In this document: piece by piece, positions 61,350-64,000 of the stretch
Numbering within the stretch: the first letter of the stretch is position 1
How the letters are laid out: each line of letters opens with the position of its first letter
Assembly (NCBI RefSeq): GCF_963921235.1
Contig: NC_086097.1
Coordinates: forward strand, 45,758,001-45,822,000
Direction of reading: 5' to 3'
From: Mobula hypostoma
Lineage: Eukaryota
DNA length: 64,000 bases
Notes under the pieces: model-generated
Database searches by the model: none
Seen by the model: the letters and a program-made list of their open reading frames with translations, nothing else
What the model was told of the DNA's origin: nothing
Translations under genes and position numbers: made by a program

Positions 61350-62605
61350 CCTGTCATAAGGAAAGAATGCAATTGATTTACTTTCTTAGGAGTTTAAGAA
61401 AGTTCAGCTTATCACCAGACATTCGAACTTCTACAGATCTACAGTTGAAAGCATCCTGCCTGATTGCAACATGTCTGGTATGGCAATTTGCATGTGCAGG
61501 AAGAGGGCAGAGATGCTGCAGAGAGTAGTGGATTTGGCCCGATACATAGAACATAACACAGTACAGCACAGGAATAGATAGATCCCTTGGCCCACAATGG
61601 TGTAATCAAATGCCCAACTAAACAAAGCCTTTCTGTCTACACAATGTCCATATCCTTCCATTTCCTCCACATCCATGTACCTATCTAGCAGCCTCTTGAA
61701 CAATTCTTAACATATTCACCTCCACGTAACCCCAGGCAGCGCATTCAAGGCACCCACCACTCTTTATGTAAAAAAAATTTGCCCTGCAAATCACCTTCGA
61801 TCTTAACCCCTCTCACTTTAAAAGTTATGGTCTCTGGTATTAGATACTTCAACTTTGGGGAGAAAAACATACTGGGTGTCTACTCTGTCTTTGCCTCTCA
61901 TAATCTTATAAACCACAATCAGATCTCTCCCCAACCTCTGATACTCCAGAGAATACAATTTAAACTTGTCCAGCCTCTCCTATAATCCAGTAGCATCTGG
62001 CCAAACCTCTTCTGCAACCTCTCCAAAGCATTGACATCCTTCCTATAATGAGACGACCAGAACTGAATGCAGTACTGCAGATGAGGCCTAACTAGAGTTT
62101 TATAAGCTGCAATTTAACTTCCTGACTCTTGAATTCAATTCCTTGACGAATTAACACAAGCATAGCATGTGCTATCAATCCATGTAACCTTTGCACATCA
62201 ACACTGTATGGTTCTTGCTATTGCCAATGTACTGTAGAAAGTTGTAAACTCAGTCAGCTCTGTCATAGGCACCAGCTTCCCCAGCATTGTGTACACCTTC
62301 AAAAGGTGATGCCTCTAAAAGGTGGCATCCACTAATAAGGGCCCCCCTCACCCACGACAGGTCCCCTTCCCATCAAGAGGAGGTACAGGAGCCTGAAGAC
62401 ACACACTCAACATTTCAGGAACAGCTTCTTCCCCTCCACCATCAGATTTCTCAATGGACAATGAACCCATGAAAACTACCTCACTATTTTATTTCTCTCT
62501 TTGCACTACCTGTTTAATTTATTTTTTTATATATATACTCATTGTAATTTATAGTTTTTTTATTATTTTGTATTACAATGTATTGCTGCCACAAAACAAC
62601 AAATT
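61350..62605 (+). mobile_element. Old Rex1/Babar 3' part (61350-61540 and 62225-62605), split by a CR1
   Basis: IYFLRSLRKF; then GAGGAGGTACAGGAGCCTG...AACAGCTTCTTCCCC and a T-rich UTR. Confidence 0.7.
61543..62190 (-). mobile_element. CR1 3' fragment
   Basis: Tail ACATAGAACATA; ORF 61431-61703 (FKRLLDRYMD..EMEGYG). Confidence 0.85.
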
Positions 62606-62609
62606 TCTG

Positions 62610-63290
62610 CTTCTTTACATTTGATATCCCAAAATGCAACACTTCACATTTGGCTAGGTTAAGCTCCATCTGCCATTTCAAAGCTGGTATCTGCAACTAA
62701 TGTATATTCAGCTGTTTCATTTGCCACCAACCTTCGTATCGCCTGCAGACATACTAACCTGCACATCTCCATTTTCATCCAGGTTACTTACATATATCAC
62801 AAACAGCAGAGGCCCCAGCACAGAGCCTTCTGGAACACAACACATTGCAGACCACCAGCCAGGATAAGTCCGTCTCATTGACCGCTACCCTCCTTGACTT
62901 ACGGAGAAGTCAATTCTGAACCCTAATGGCAATCTAACAGAGCAGCCCATGCATCTTAATCTTCTGGATGAGCCTCACATGAGGAGCCTTGTCAATTCTG
63001 AACTAAAATCCATGCAGATGAAATCTACAACTCTATCTTCATCAATTACTTTCATGACCTCCTCGAGAAACTCAGACAAGACAGTAGAATATGACTCCCT
63101 AATTGGCCCATAGTTCTCAGAATGCTCATATCTGTAGGAATCCCCTCCAGTAACTTCCCTACCACTGGTAAGAGACTCACCAGTTTATAATTTCCATATT
63201 TATGTTGAATAATGGAACAATGTTAGTAACTCACTGGTCCTCCAGGAACTGGTCAAGGCCCCAGCAATCTCATCTGTTGCCTTTCTCCAA
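62610..63290 (-). mobile_element. Old CR1 RT fragment
   Basis: ORF 62514-62696 (KWQMELNLAKCEVLHFG). Confidence 0.75.
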
Positions 63291-63786
63291 ACCTCTTCCA
63301 TCTTTCTACCTAAGTCACTGGTGGCAATATGCACCAATCTCCTATCATTATTGCTTAGCCGGACTTTAGCCTGCCCTCTCGTTCCTCAGAGCCAGCCAGA
63401 GTGTCACTGACCTGGCTGCTACTGCTGTGTCGATAGGACACTCCCCCTGTGCCGCCCAGCAGTGTCGAAAGGGACATACTTTTTGCTGAGGGGAATTGCC
63501 ATAGGGGGACCCTGCACTGACTCCCTACTGCCCTTACACTTCCTAGTGGTCACTCATCTATCTGAAGCCTGTATCCTGGGTGTGACCATTGCAGCCTCAT
63601 CCATCAAGCCCTCAACTTCCCAGATTATCAAGTAACACCAGATCAGGGATACATCCCTCTGTCAGTTACATCTACAGGAAACACTGCTTCATGAAGCCAA
63701 CATCCATTAGCAAAGGTCCTCACCATCTGGGCTGTACCATTTTCTCACAGTTACCATTGAGCAGGATGCAGAGACTCAGCTAGGCA

Positions 63787-63875
63787 TGAGGTTCTTAGCC
63801 CGAAACATTAACTCTTTATTCCTCTCCATAGGTGAGGCCGAATGTGCTCCTCTGGCATTTTGTGTGTGTTACTCT
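63787..63875 (+). repeat. Penelope 3' fragment inside a Rex/Babar 3' end (~63650-64000)
   Basis: GCCCGAAACATTAACT...CTCCATAG...GCATTTTGTGTGTGTT. Confidence 0.65.
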
Positions 63876-64000
63876 GAGTAAAAGCTTCTTCCCTTCAACC
63901 ATTCAATTCTTGAACCAACCAGCACAAATCCAATCACTACAATGCTATGACCACTTTGATCACTTTGCACTAAAATTGGACTTCATGTTTTTTTTTGTTC

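Overview
Vertebrate genomic DNA, most likely from a cartilaginous fish (inferred from the repeat mix: CR1 LINEs, Rex1/Babar LINEs, V-SINEs, a Deu-type SINE and abundant Penelope fragments). It is intergenic or deep intronic and made mostly of nested transposable elements. I recognise no host protein-coding gene, rRNA, tRNA or CRISPR array; nearly every long ORF in the track is a retroelement fragment or its antisense shadow. Best-resolved items: (1) a young 5'-truncated Penelope-like element (55872-58023, 11-bp TSD) with an uninterrupted RT + GIY-YIG frame and a minimal type-I hammerhead ribozyme motif in its 3' repeat; (2) ~200-bp fold-back mini-elements built from that Penelope 3' end, with 13-14-bp TSDs (three copies), plus several single-arm fragments; (3) a two-LTR Gypsy element (42809-46842, TSD CCTCA), a second partial copy and an unrelated solo LTR; (4) a ~600-640-bp SINE-like family without an obvious tRNA head (three copies); (5) many CR1, Rex/Babar, RTE and Tc1 relics, with insertion order readable from TSDs. 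Two candidate minus-strand exons and a pair of perfect hairpins lie in unique sequence but are unverified. Boundaries of old elements are approximate; family names come from motif recognition by eye, not database searches.
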